From: Bacteroidales bacterium
Lineage (GTDB): Bacteria; Bacteroidota; Bacteroidia; Bacteroidales; UBA3824
Length of the DNA stretch: 64,000 bases
NCBI GenBank assembly: GCA_017960885.1
Contig: JAGCYI010000219.1
Location: 19,782 to 83,781, forward strand
Direction: 5' to 3'
Shown here: one piece after another, positions 32,090 to 40,806 of the stretch
Position numbering within the stretch: position 1 is the stretch's first letter
Layout of the letters: every line of letters starts with the position of its first letter
Made by a program: the position numbers and the translations under genes
The notes under the pieces: generated by a model
Seen by the model: only the letters and a program-made list of their open reading frames with translations
Databases searched by the model: none
Told to the model about the DNA's origin: nothing

Positions 32090-32731
32090 TTATTCACCAA
32101 CCACGACTTTCGCATAGCGTATCACCTTGTCGTGCAGGTAATAGCCTTTTTCAATAACGTCGATAATCTTGCCTTTGAGGTCTTCGCTCGGTGCTGCAAA
32201 TTTTGTAACAGCCTCGTGAAGGTCGGTGTCGAGTTCTTTGTTGAGAGCCTCAATCTCTTTGATACCACGTTTTTCGAGAAATTCTTTGAACTTTTTGTAA
32301 ATCAAATCAATACCCTCTTTTACAGCGTTGATATCTTGAGCCGATTCAAGACTCTTGATGGCACGTTCCATATTGTCTACCACAGGGAGAATACCTTTAA
32401 TAACGTCTTCCTCGGCATATTTGGTAAGATCCATCTTCTCTTTGAGAGTGCGCTTGCGATAGTTGTCGAACTCTGCCATCAGGCGCAAGTAGCGGTCGTT
32501 GAGTTCGTCGTATTTTTTCTGCAAATCGCCGCCGTTGTCAGTATCCTGAGCGGTGGTGTCAGTGTCATTTGCTGCCGTTTTGTCCTGACTGTTGTCAGTT
32601 TCTGACGTTTTGTCATCGGCATTATCACCTTCGGGCTGTGCTTTTTGCTCGTCGGTGAGTTCTGTGTTTTCTTGCTCTTCCATTTTAACTTCCTTATTAT
32701 AAGAACTATGGTGTCTTTTTCTTTTACTCAT
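32090..32731 (-). CDS. grpE: nucleotide exchange factor GrpE
   Basis: [10 protein letters not shown] core and C-terminal beta domain. Start uncertain among the Mets at 32827, 32731 and 32683. Confidence 0.9.
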   Translation of the reverse strand: MSKRKRHHSSYNKEVKMEEQENTELTDEQKAQPEGDNADDKTSETDNSQDKTAANDTDTTAQDTDNGGDLQKKYDELNDRYLRLMAEFDNYRKRTLKEKMDLTKYAEEDVIKGILPVVDNMERAIKSLESAQDINAVKEGIDLIYKKFKEFLEKRGIKEIEALNKELDTDLHEAVTKFAAPSEDLKGKIIDVIEKGYYLHDKVIRYAKVVVGE

Positions 32732-32872
32732 ATTTGTATATGTTTTTAAATTCTGCTTATATAGGTTCAAATAGTTTGCCACACGGCGGTAAAATGACAA
32801 ATTGTCAGTATTAAAATTTGCTTTCAATAATTAAAATCCGTACCTTTACATTCGCAAATTAAATAAAACACT

Positions 32873-33940
32873 ATGAAAAATACACTTATATTATTAGTAG
32901 CAATATCAACAGCCCTTTCGGCAACGGCTCAAAAAGGATTAACATTTATAGAAACCAATCGCTTATGGTGTCCTGAGGTGCAAGATCAGGCACAATCGGG
33001 CACATGCTGGTGTTTTTCTACACTTTCGTTTTTAGAGAGCGAAATGAAAGCCGCCGGTGCAGAGGATATTCCAAACCTTTCAGAAATGTTTGTGGTGCGT
33101 TATTCGTATCTCGACAAGGCCAAAAAATACGTTATGATGCACGGCAAAACCAATTTTTCGGAAGGCGGATTTTTTTACGACAATATTTACGCTATGAAAC
33201 ATTACGGTCTTGTGCCCGAAAGTGCGTATCCAAACACATTAAGAAAAGAAGCAAGTATCTATCACTTTGGATTTTCGGGCAAAATGAAAACCTATCTTGA
33301 TTCGGTGGCTACCGACGACAACAAAACCATCGACCCAAAATGGTTTGAGATTTTTACCCAAAAAACCGATAATTTTCTTGGCACAGTGCCGCAAGAATTT
33401 GAATACAAAGGCAAAACTTACACTCCCAAAACCTTTGCACAAGAGGTTGTGAAACTCAATCCCGACGATTATGTGCAAATAACATCGTTTACCCATCACC
33501 CATTTTACGAATATTGCATCTTGGAATTGCCCGACAATTGGCGCTGGGGACAGTTTTATAATGTGCCAATCGATGATTTGGTGGCCGCCATTGACAGTTC
33601 GTTGGCACAAGGACACACTGTGGTATGGTCGTCCGACGTGTCGGAAACAGGCTTTTATACAAACAAGGGCTACGCTGTGATGCCACGCCACACAATGGTA
33701 ACGCAAGAGAGCCGTCAAGCCGATTTTGAAACCCGACGCACCACCGACGACCATGGCATGCAGATAATCGGCACAGCCAAAGACCTCGACGGCAATAAAT
33801 TTTACATTGTAAAAAATAGTTGGGGCAATTACAACAAATTCGGCGGATACCTTTACGCCTCAGAAGAATTTGTACGAGCCAAAACTACGGGCATAATGAT
33901 AAACAAAAACGTTTGCAAGGATATTCTGGACAAGAAATAA
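32873..33940 (+). CDS. secreted papain-family (C1) cysteine peptidase
   Basis: Signal peptide. Active-site block QAQSGTCWCFS. Later His/Asn region (TDDHGMQIIG...VKNSWG). Confidence 0.8.
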   Translation: MKNTLILLVAISTALSATAQKGLTFIETNRLWCPEVQDQAQSGTCWCFSTLSFLESEMKAAGAEDIPNLSEMFVVRYSYLDKAKKYVMMHGKTNFSEGGFFYDNIYAMKHYGLVPESAYPNTLRKEASIYHFGFSGKMKTYLDSVATDDNKTIDPKWFEIFTQKTDNFLGTVPQEFEYKGKTYTPKTFAQEVVKLNPDDYVQITSFTHHPFYEYCILELPDNWRWGQFYNVPIDDLVAAIDSSLAQGHTVVWSSDVSETGFYTNKGYAVMPRHTMVTQESRQADFETRRTTDDHGMQIIGTAKDLDGNKFYIVKNSWGNYNKFGGYLYASEEFVRAKTTGIMINKNVCKDILDKK

Positions 33941-33942
33941 AA

Positions 33943-34296
33943 CTATTTCAATATCAAAAAAGCCCCTGAGACTATGAGTCCAAGTCCGAGCCAACGTGTG
34001 GGAGGAACGCTCTCGTGAAAAACGAAAACCGCCGCCAACATTCCAAACACGTAACTGAAACTTATTAAGGGATAGGCGATTGAAAAATCCACATGCTTAA
34101 GGATATAAAACCACAGCACGGTGGCACCGCCCATACATAGTCCCGAAAATAGCAAATTCCAATTAGTGAGATAATCTTTGATTATTGGCCATGTGAAGGC
34201 GAACTTAGGGGCGTCTTTCATGGCTAATTTTAAAAACATCTGTCCAGCGGCAAGGCACGCCGACTGGCTGAGCGACAAAAGGAGCAACTTTAACAT
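33943..34296 (-). CDS. half-size EamA/SMR-like (ArnE/F-like) 4-TM membrane protein
   Basis: 117 aa with four hydrophobic helices and an EamA-type C-terminus (WLGLGLIVSGAFLILK). Confidence 0.6.
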   Translation of the reverse strand: MLKLLLLSLSQSACLAAGQMFLKLAMKDAPKFAFTWPIIKDYLTNWNLLFSGLCMGGATVLWFYILKHVDFSIAYPLISFSYVFGMLAAVFVFHESVPPTRWLGLGLIVSGAFLILK

Positions 34297-34335
34297 AGGC
34301 GGTTGTGTTGAGATTTATCAGTGGTGGTTCAACTA

Positions 34336-34908
34336 TCAAAAAACTTGATTATAAATAGATTGCAAAGTTTCTGCATTAAATAAAGGTGTATCTTCATTGC
34401 CATCGTGCGACACAAAAAACATGATGGCAGAGGTGCTGTCACCAACGGTATCGATCCACGCCACCAGCACATTGTCCGACACTGCAAGTGTGTCAGACAC
34501 AATGCCCTCAATCTGCGTAGGGAGGAAATGTTCGGCAACATACACAGCCGACTCGCCCATAAAGCCGTGACGGATAGCAATTTCACCTGCCACTATATTT
34601 GGAAGGGTATACACAAAATACGATGGCGATGGGAAACGGTTGTCGGGGTCGGCGATAGTGCGCTCAAAGCCTATGTCGGTGCGGAGGGTGCCATTGCCGG
34701 TGAACACTATCACAGACGTGTTGTCTTTATGTGCAACCAACTCATTATCACACTTTTCAACAATATCTTCAGCCAGCAGGAAACCAGCCTTGCAAAGCGC
34801 ATCCATCTTAAAAAACTTGGGATAATCTATACCTTTGCTGCGGTAGAGGTCGGCAAGTGCCTCTGGCGAAAGGTTTTTGAGCGATGTATAATGCACAATC
34901 TTAGCCAT
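34336..34908 (-). CDS. truncated beta-ketoacyl-synthase-like protein (no catalytic triad recognisable)
   Basis: 190 aa. Similar to the small KS N-terminal-like proteins of aryl-polyene/flexirubin-type clusters. Start ATG at 34908 lies 1 bp after the KAS stop. Confidence 0.5.
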   Translation of the reverse strand: MAKIVHYTSLKNLSPEALADLYRSKGIDYPKFFKMDALCKAGFLLAEDIVEKCDNELVAHKDNTSVIVFTGNGTLRTDIGFERTIADPDNRFPSPSYFVYTLPNIVAGEIAIRHGFMGESAVYVAEHFLPTQIEGIVSDTLAVSDNVLVAWIDTVGDSTSAIMFFVSHDGNEDTPLFNAETLQSIYNQVF

Positions 34909-34909
34909 A

Positions 34910-36049
34910 TTATTCTCCTTTTTTAAAAACAGCGGCGGCGTTGCAGCCTCCAAAACCTGAAATAAGTTTTATGGCATACTGTTTATCAGTGCTGCCAATG
35001 CTACGCTGTATATTTATTTTTTTAGAAACGCCGTACTCCTCAAAATTCTTTGTAGCCAGCACAGCGCTATCTTGCAATGCCGTAATAGAGATAACGCTCT
35101 CTAACACTCCAGCCGCGCCGAGAGTGTGTCCAAATATAGGTTTGAGCGAGTTTACCGGAACATCTTGCAAGCCGGCACGCGAAATTGCCACCGCCTCCAT
35201 CTCGTCGTTATACATTGTAGACGTGCCGTGAGCGTTAACGAAAGCCAGTTGCGAGGGGTCAAGATTTCGGGCAACATCCGACAAACAGCGGAACGAGCCT
35301 TCTGCAGTCTTGGACGGTGACGAGATATGGTATGCGTCGTTGTGAATAGAGCCAGTGACAAACTTGGCGAATTTTGATCCCTCTTCAGAACGACGTAATA
35401 TTACAGTAGAAGCCGCCTCGCCAAGGTTGAGACCTGTGCGGTTGATGTCGAACGGACGGCACTGCGACGGCGACAACGATTTAAGGCTTGAAAAACCAAG
35501 AACGATAAACCTCGAAAGCATATCCACGCCCGTTACCACAGCGCAGTCGATACGTTTGGATTCAAGCGCACGTGCAGCGGCGATAATTGCAGAAAGTCCT
35601 GATATGCAGGCATTAGAAACCGTTACAGGAGTGTTAGGGTTTCCAAAATATTTAACAATAACCGAAGCGGTGTGCCAAAGCGGAATCTCGGGAGAGTTGA
35701 AATAACTTTCGCCTTTGTCTAATAATTCCACATTGCCCTTGGTAGAGGATATGTAAAACGCTGTACGTAACGATTTTAGTTCCACATCGCAATTGTCGGC
35801 GGCGGTTTTGATAGAGAGCATCGCAGCCTTTTCCACCTTTGTATAATTGGCAGGATCGAGCAAGCAGTAATCTGTGAAAGCGTCGTCGAGCATTTTGCAA
35901 TCAATCAGAGATGCGGCAGTGTCAACACCCGAATCCAAAAGGTTGCTGTATTGTCGCACAACCGAACAACCAGCCTTGGCGGCGATGCAGTTCTGCATAG
36001 TGGAGAATCCCAAAGGCGAGATAATATTGTCGGAAATAATGTCTATCAT
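34910..36049 (-). CDS. beta-ketoacyl-ACP synthase (KAS I/II-type, Cys-His-His)
   Basis: VSNACISGLSAI (Cys), DAYHISSP (His), NAHGTSTMYND (His) and C-terminal GFGGCNAA. The Met at 36049 is chosen because the upstream gene stops at 36054. Confidence 0.85.
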   Translation of the reverse strand: MIDIISDNIISPLGFSTMQNCIAAKAGCSVVRQYSNLLDSGVDTAASLIDCKMLDDAFTDYCLLDPANYTKVEKAAMLSIKTAADNCDVELKSLRTAFYISSTKGNVELLDKGESYFNSPEIPLWHTASVIVKYFGNPNTPVTVSNACISGLSAIIAAARALESKRIDCAVVTGVDMLSRFIVLGFSSLKSLSPSQCRPFDINRTGLNLGEAASTVILRRSEEGSKFAKFVTGSIHNDAYHISSPSKTAEGSFRCLSDVARNLDPSQLAFVNAHGTSTMYNDEMEAVAISRAGLQDVPVNSLKPIFGHTLGAAGVLESVISITALQDSAVLATKNFEEYGVSKKINIQRSIGSTDKQYAIKLISGFGGCNAAAVFKKGE

Positions 36050-36053
36050 AGCG

Positions 36054-36950
36054 TTACACAAAAAAATCGTAAAAATTGAACCACTGCGTAGGATGGCTGA
36101 GAATCTGACGTTCAAGCAGTTGCACATATTTCCGAGCCATAGCCTCGGCGCGTTTTTTGGTGGGAAGAGAATCGAAATCTTCCACCTCAACCTTCTCTAC
36201 CACAACATTGTAGCGGTATGTGGACTCCTTAAACACAAACACGGCAATCACCGGCACGCCACGCAGAGCAGCCACAGCAAACGGTCCTACAGGGAAATCG
36301 GCTTGTGCGTATCCGAACTTGCACCTTACCGACTTGCTGCTGCCAAAAATCCTGTCGGCAGGCATTGTGATAATGTCGCCGTTCTCAAGCGCATTGTTAA
36401 GTGTAAAAAGGTGCGACATATCGTCTTTGACCGCCACCATAACCACATTGTTGGGTGCAAGTTGCGCAAAACGCTGACGCTGCATTATCTCAGATTCGCC
36501 GCCGAACACCAAGGCGTAGATTTTTTTAATATCCTGACGGAGAAGGTATCCGCAGATTTCAAAGTTGCCGGTGTGACTGCCTGCCATCAGGAAGCCTTCA
36601 GGCTTGGTCATAAGGTCGTCGAACACGTGCATGGTGTCGCTCGTCATAGTAAACTTGGAATGCTGCCCCGAAAAGATTGCAAACCTATCGAGCATCACCT
36701 TGCCAAAATTGTTGTAGGTAGTCCACGTGCTAAAAAAAGCCTTCACCTTGCCGTAATGATGCACCTGACGGAAATATTTGCAAGATGCCTTACGCGCCTT
36801 ACGTCCGAAAATCAAATAGAAGGGTATGGAGATATACATAAAGAAATATCCCACACGCACACCAAAGTGGCGGAACAAGAAAATCAGCGACTTCTGCCCG
36901 AAATTACCACCGCCGGTAGTGCCCTTCCATTTTTCGGATTTAACGTCCAT
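36054..36950 (-). CDS. LpxL/HtrB-like lipid A-type (lauroyl/myristoyl) acyltransferase family protein
   Basis: 298 aa. N-terminal membrane anchor (GYFFMYISIPFYLIF) and GSHTGNFE (HX4D/E-like) block, typical of the LpxL family. Confidence 0.65.
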   Translation of the reverse strand: MDVKSEKWKGTTGGGNFGQKSLIFLFRHFGVRVGYFFMYISIPFYLIFGRKARKASCKYFRQVHHYGKVKAFFSTWTTYNNFGKVMLDRFAIFSGQHSKFTMTSDTMHVFDDLMTKPEGFLMAGSHTGNFEICGYLLRQDIKKIYALVFGGESEIMQRQRFAQLAPNNVVMVAVKDDMSHLFTLNNALENGDIITMPADRIFGSSKSVRCKFGYAQADFPVGPFAVAALRGVPVIAVFVFKESTYRYNVVVEKVEVEDFDSLPTKKRAEAMARKYVQLLERQILSHPTQWFNFYDFFV

Positions 36951-36968
36951 AACAACAAGCCGTTAATA

Positions 36969-38384
36969 TTATCCCTGCTTAGGAGGCTGGGGTTTCTGAT
37001 AATAGTCGCCGTTGCGGTTTTTCTGTCCTTTGAACGGACGCGCCTGATTGTTTTTGTTGTTGAACTTCACATTCATACGCTTGTCGCCTCCGGGCTGCTG
37101 CGAAACGGGCTGCTGCACCGTGGGAGGTTGCGGCTGCTTGGGTTGCGGCACGGGCGAAACGGTAAGCATCTGAGGCTGTTCGGCAGATTCGGGTGCGGGC
37201 TGCTGGGCGGCTTTGTTTTTCTTTTTCTTTTTCTTCTTCTTGCGCAGAGAGTCGAAACGTGTGATATCCTCCGAATCAGATGCGTCAACAAACTCATCCA
37301 CAATCTCTTTCTTAGGTTGCGGAGCGTTCTGCTCGGCGTTCTTGTCGTTGAGAAGGAGAGTGTCGGGTTTTTCGCCACGCTTGTTCATCGATATAATCTC
37401 CTTTACACGGTCGATGGGCACCACGGTGATGTTTGCCGACGAATTTTGGTCGTAACTAAACCACATAACGCGTTTAAAGATGTCGGTTTTTTGGTGATAA
37501 GCCGTACCTTCCATAGTTTCAAGGGGTTGACGTACCGAGGGGAAATCGCGCTGAGCGTCTAAGTAAGCGTCGATCTCGTAGTTGAGGCAGCATTTGAGTT
37601 TGCCGCACTGACCGGCAAGTTTCTGAGGATTCAAAGAGAGTTCCTGCTGACGGGCGTTGTTGGTAGACACCGACACAAAATTGGTGATCCAAGTGGTGCA
37701 GCAAAGTTCTCTGCCACAAGGACCTATGCCTCCTATCCTACCCGCCTCCTGACGTGCGCCAATCTGCTTCATCTCGATGCGGATTTTAAACTCATCAGCC
37801 ATTATCTTGATAAGTTCGCGGAAGTCAACTCGCTCGTCTGCAATATAATAGAATATAGCCTTTGAGCCGTCGCCCTGAAACTCCACATCGCCGATTTTCA
37901 TATCCAAACGGAGGCTTTCGGCAATCTGACGAGATTTGAGCATCACCTGATCCTCTTTGGCAACCACCTGTTTCCATTTTTCAATGTCGCTCTGCTTTGC
38001 CTTGCGGTAAATCTTTTTAAACTCGGTGTCGGGACGTATGCGGGCACGTTTCATTTGCAGTTTTACAAGCGGACCTTTTACCGACACCACACCGATGTCG
38101 TGACCGGGCGACGCCTCCACTGCCACAATATCACCCACTTCGAGTTCAAGATTGTTGACATTGCGGTAAAAGCCCTTACGGGTATTTTTAAAGCGGATTT
38201 CGCAAATGTCGCAATCGGTATTCATCGACGGTGGAATTTCGTCTAACCAATCGCGAACGTTGAGTTTGTTGCAACTGTCGGTTTGAAGACATTTGCCACA
38301 ACATTCTGATCCACAATCGGCGCAAAGATATTCAATTCCGTCGCAGCCTCTCTGTATGTTTTTATAGTCGTCGTGTTCTTCCAT
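36969..38384 (-). CDS. PSP1 domain protein (RicT/YaaT-like) with Cys-rich N-terminal and Lys/Gln/Pro-rich C-terminal extensions
   Basis: PSP1 core is FQGDGSKAIFYYIADERVDFRELIK...GPCGRELCCTTW...GKLKCCLNYE. Conserved position downstream of holB. Confidence 0.85.
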   Translation of the reverse strand: MEEHDDYKNIQRGCDGIEYLCADCGSECCGKCLQTDSCNKLNVRDWLDEIPPSMNTDCDICEIRFKNTRKGFYRNVNNLELEVGDIVAVEASPGHDIGVVSVKGPLVKLQMKRARIRPDTEFKKIYRKAKQSDIEKWKQVVAKEDQVMLKSRQIAESLRLDMKIGDVEFQGDGSKAIFYYIADERVDFRELIKIMADEFKIRIEMKQIGARQEAGRIGGIGPCGRELCCTTWITNFVSVSTNNARQQELSLNPQKLAGQCGKLKCCLNYEIDAYLDAQRDFPSVRQPLETMEGTAYHQKTDIFKRVMWFSYDQNSSANITVVPIDRVKEIISMNKRGEKPDTLLLNDKNAEQNAPQPKKEIVDEFVDASDSEDITRFDSLRKKKKKKKKNKAAQQPAPESAEQPQMLTVSPVPQPKQPQPPTVQQPVSQQPGGDKRMNVKFNNKNNQARPFKGQKNRNGDYYQKPQPPKQG

Positions 38385-38420
38385 TTTATTAATGTATTGC
38401 TTTTCAGCGGTATATATATG

Positions 38421-39572
38421 TTAAATTCGTTTCATTCTTAATAGCGGCGAAATTTTCAACGCCAAGTCGGTAAACACAAGTTTGGCGTATGCGTTTCGCT
38501 CAATGTTTCGGCAAGCCTCGCCAAACTGCTCCGAGAGCATACCCACGTTGCCACGGTGAATAAAGGGCGAAAACTTTTGCGCAAATTCCATCTCGCCCGG
38601 TGTGAGGTTGACAAGATTTTGCGACACGCTGCTGAGCATAAAGCACTCGCGCAGCATACGGTTGCAGTAGTCGAAAAACTTTTTCTGTTTTTCGCGACCG
38701 AGTTTTGCAAGATTGTCGCTAAGTTTGATAATGGCATCGTATTTGGCAGAAAAAGCCTCGCGCATAAGTGTGGTAAACAGTTCAAAATAAGGTGTTTCCA
38801 CAGTTCCCGACTTAAATTGACGGAGAGCGGCACAGGCTTCCAAGTAGTTGCCGTCGGCAAGCATTGCGCTATTTTGGAGCGTTTGTGGGTCGGCATCGGG
38901 AAATTCTTGCTGCAACGACGCCACAATATCCTGATTTGTAGGACGGTCGATTTTTACCAACTGCACACGGCTGCGGATGGTGGTGAGTATCATCTCCTCG
39001 TTTTCTGCCACAAGGATAAAAAGCGTTTTGGCAGGCGGCTCCTCAATCATTTTCAGGAGTTTGTTGGCGGCGGTTTCGTTGAGTTTTTCTGCCATCCAAA
39101 TTATCATCACCTTGTATTCCGCCTCAAAAGTTTTTAAGCCGAGTTTGCGTATAATCTCCTGACTCTCTTGGGCAAAGATGGCACCTTGCGAATTGTCGGA
39201 ACCAATAAAATCGTACCAATCGTCCAAACGGTGATAATTTCGTTGCAACACAAACTTGCGCCAATCGGGAAGAAAATCATCGCTCACGGGCTTGGTTGTG
39301 CCCTTGCCCGACACCACAGGATAGACAAAATGAAGGTCGGGATGGACGAGTTTCTGATACTTAACGCAATGAGGACAAGTGCCGCAACTATCCGTATCGC
39401 CGGGCTTTCGTCCTGTGCAGTTGATATACTGTGCGTAGGCGATAGCGAGCGACAGTTTTCCGCATCCCTCCGGACCCAAGAACAATTGGGCGTGGCTGAT
39501 ACGGTTGTCGCTTACAGTATTGATCAGACGCTGTTTAACGTTGCTATGACCGGGTATATCTTTAAACTGCAT
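38421..39572 (-). CDS. holB: DNA polymerase III delta' subunit
   Basis: HAQLFLGPEGCGKLSLAIAYAQYINC (P-loop-like), zinc module CGTCPHC and SRVQ sensor motif. Confidence 0.85.
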   Translation of the reverse strand: MQFKDIPGHSNVKQRLINTVSDNRISHAQLFLGPEGCGKLSLAIAYAQYINCTGRKPGDTDSCGTCPHCVKYQKLVHPDLHFVYPVVSGKGTTKPVSDDFLPDWRKFVLQRNYHRLDDWYDFIGSDNSQGAIFAQESQEIIRKLGLKTFEAEYKVMIIWMAEKLNETAANKLLKMIEEPPAKTLFILVAENEEMILTTIRSRVQLVKIDRPTNQDIVASLQQEFPDADPQTLQNSAMLADGNYLEACAALRQFKSGTVETPYFELFTTLMREAFSAKYDAIIKLSDNLAKLGREKQKKFFDYCNRMLRECFMLSSVSQNLVNLTPGEMEFAQKFSPFIHRGNVGMLSEQFGEACRNIERNAYAKLVFTDLALKISPLLRMKRI

Positions 39573-39693
39573 TATTAGCCAAATATAATTTACGGGGCAA
39601 AGATAATAAAAAAATGGAAATGGTAAAGAAACTAAATTTTGTTTAATTCAATATTTGCATTTGGGGGAATAATAATATCTTTTGAATTATGGT

Positions 39694-39721
39694 GTAGAGA
39701 CGGTGTGCACACCGTCTCTAC
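39694..39721 (-). terminator. perfect 28-nt palindrome overlapping the stop codon of the GT2 gene (probable terminator, REP-like)
   Basis: gtagagacggtgtg|cacaccgtctctac. It shares the AGAGACG...CGTCTCT stem with the hairpins at 9680 and 15957. Confidence 0.5.
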
Positions 39722-40806
39722 CGCCACACCGTTTTCCTCGTCATCCCTATCACCGTGCAAGCCAATGTATAAAACGGATATACCACCGCTAAGGCGAGGA
39801 TGTCGAGCCAACAGACGGGGATGTGGTAATAGGCTGAGGGGATGCGGACTGAGAGGGCGTCGGCAATGAATTTCAACAGCCATAAGATTATAAAAATATA
39901 CCACCATCCATTTATCGCACTTATCACCGCTCCAACAATCACCGAAATGTTTGCCGCAAACACCAAGAGTGCCACAAGGATTGTAAACCAATCGGTGTAG
40001 CCGCCTGTCTTGGAAACCCACCGTCCTCGCTGACGAAGAAGCGCACCAAGAGTTTCTGGTCCGCAGGTTGACACAGTGGTTGACGGCGATTTTGCATACA
40101 CTATCTTTTTATGTTCAGACACTGCAAATTGCAATAGAAAAATGTCATCACCCGAAAGATATTTGTTATTGATATGACCTTCGGCTTGACGGCGGAGAGA
40201 GGTGCTTACCAACATATTGCCACCGTTGCACATAAGCGGACGGTGTGTGATGGCAGAGGCGGCGGTAAGGGTTATGAGCGACATTGATTCCGCCTGCCAA
40301 AGTCGTTGAAACAGTGATTTTTGATTTTTGGCTTTGATTATTACAGGTGCAAGCACCATATCGGCGTTTTGTCCTATGGCTGTATGAATCATACACTTAG
40401 CCCAATCGGGCGAGGGAATGCAGTCACAGTCGGTAAAGAGTATATATGGAGTTTCAACGTATTCCAACGCGGCGGCGAGGGCTGCCTTTTTGCCCTTCCC
40501 GGGATTCTGTATCAGGGTGAAATCATATCGGGAACGGTATTCAAGGGCTTTGGAATATGTGGAATCGGTGGAATGGTCGTCGATTAATATAAGAGGTACG
40601 GATTGTTGCGATATATGGTCGAGAAATGGTATGATGGTGGATTCCTCGTTTCGGGCAGAGACGATGATAGTGGCGGACACAACGGTGGGTGTCGCAATTG
40701 TGGGAGGCGTGCCACGGCGCGTCCCCACAATAGAAATGCGAAACATTATGCTATAAAAAATTATTAATACAGCATAGATTGTTATTATCAGAATGATGGC
40801 TGTCAT
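39718..40806 (-). CDS. membrane glycosyltransferase family 2 (processive-type QxxRW)
   Basis: IIVSARNEE...LIDDHSTD, DXD-like TDCDC, RQRGRW motif and C-terminal TM helices. Confidence 0.8.
   Translation of the reverse strand: MTAIILIITIYAVLIIFYSIMFRISIVGTRRGTPPTIATPTVVSATIIVSARNEESTIIPFLDHISQQSVPLILIDDHSTDSTYSKALEYRSRYDFTLIQNPGKGKKAALAAALEYVETPYILFTDCDCIPSPDWAKCMIHTAIGQNADMVLAPVIIKAKNQKSLFQRLWQAESMSLITLTAASAITHRPLMCNGGNMLVSTSLRRQAEGHINNKYLSGDDIFLLQFAVSEHKKIVYAKSPSTTVSTCGPETLGALLRQRGRWVSKTGGYTDWFTILVALLVFAANISVIVGAVISAINGWWYIFIILWLLKFIADALSVRIPSAYYHIPVCWLDILALAVVYPFYTLACTVIGMTRKTVWR

Noticed and set aside
37213-37245. Poly-lysine-encoding homopolymeric tract as evidence of a frameshifted pseudogene
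   Set aside because: The reading frame is continuous across the tract, and the PSP1 core upstream and the tail downstream are in one ORF. I noted it only as a possible slippage-prone site.
35874-37562. 562-aa ORF on the plus strand spanning three minus-strand genes
   Set aside because: It lies entirely antisense to the well-supported KAS, LpxL-like and PSP1 genes. Its translation is low-complexity (runs of R, L, H, F, V) with no motifs. Long antisense ORFs are expected opposite strongly codon-biased genes.
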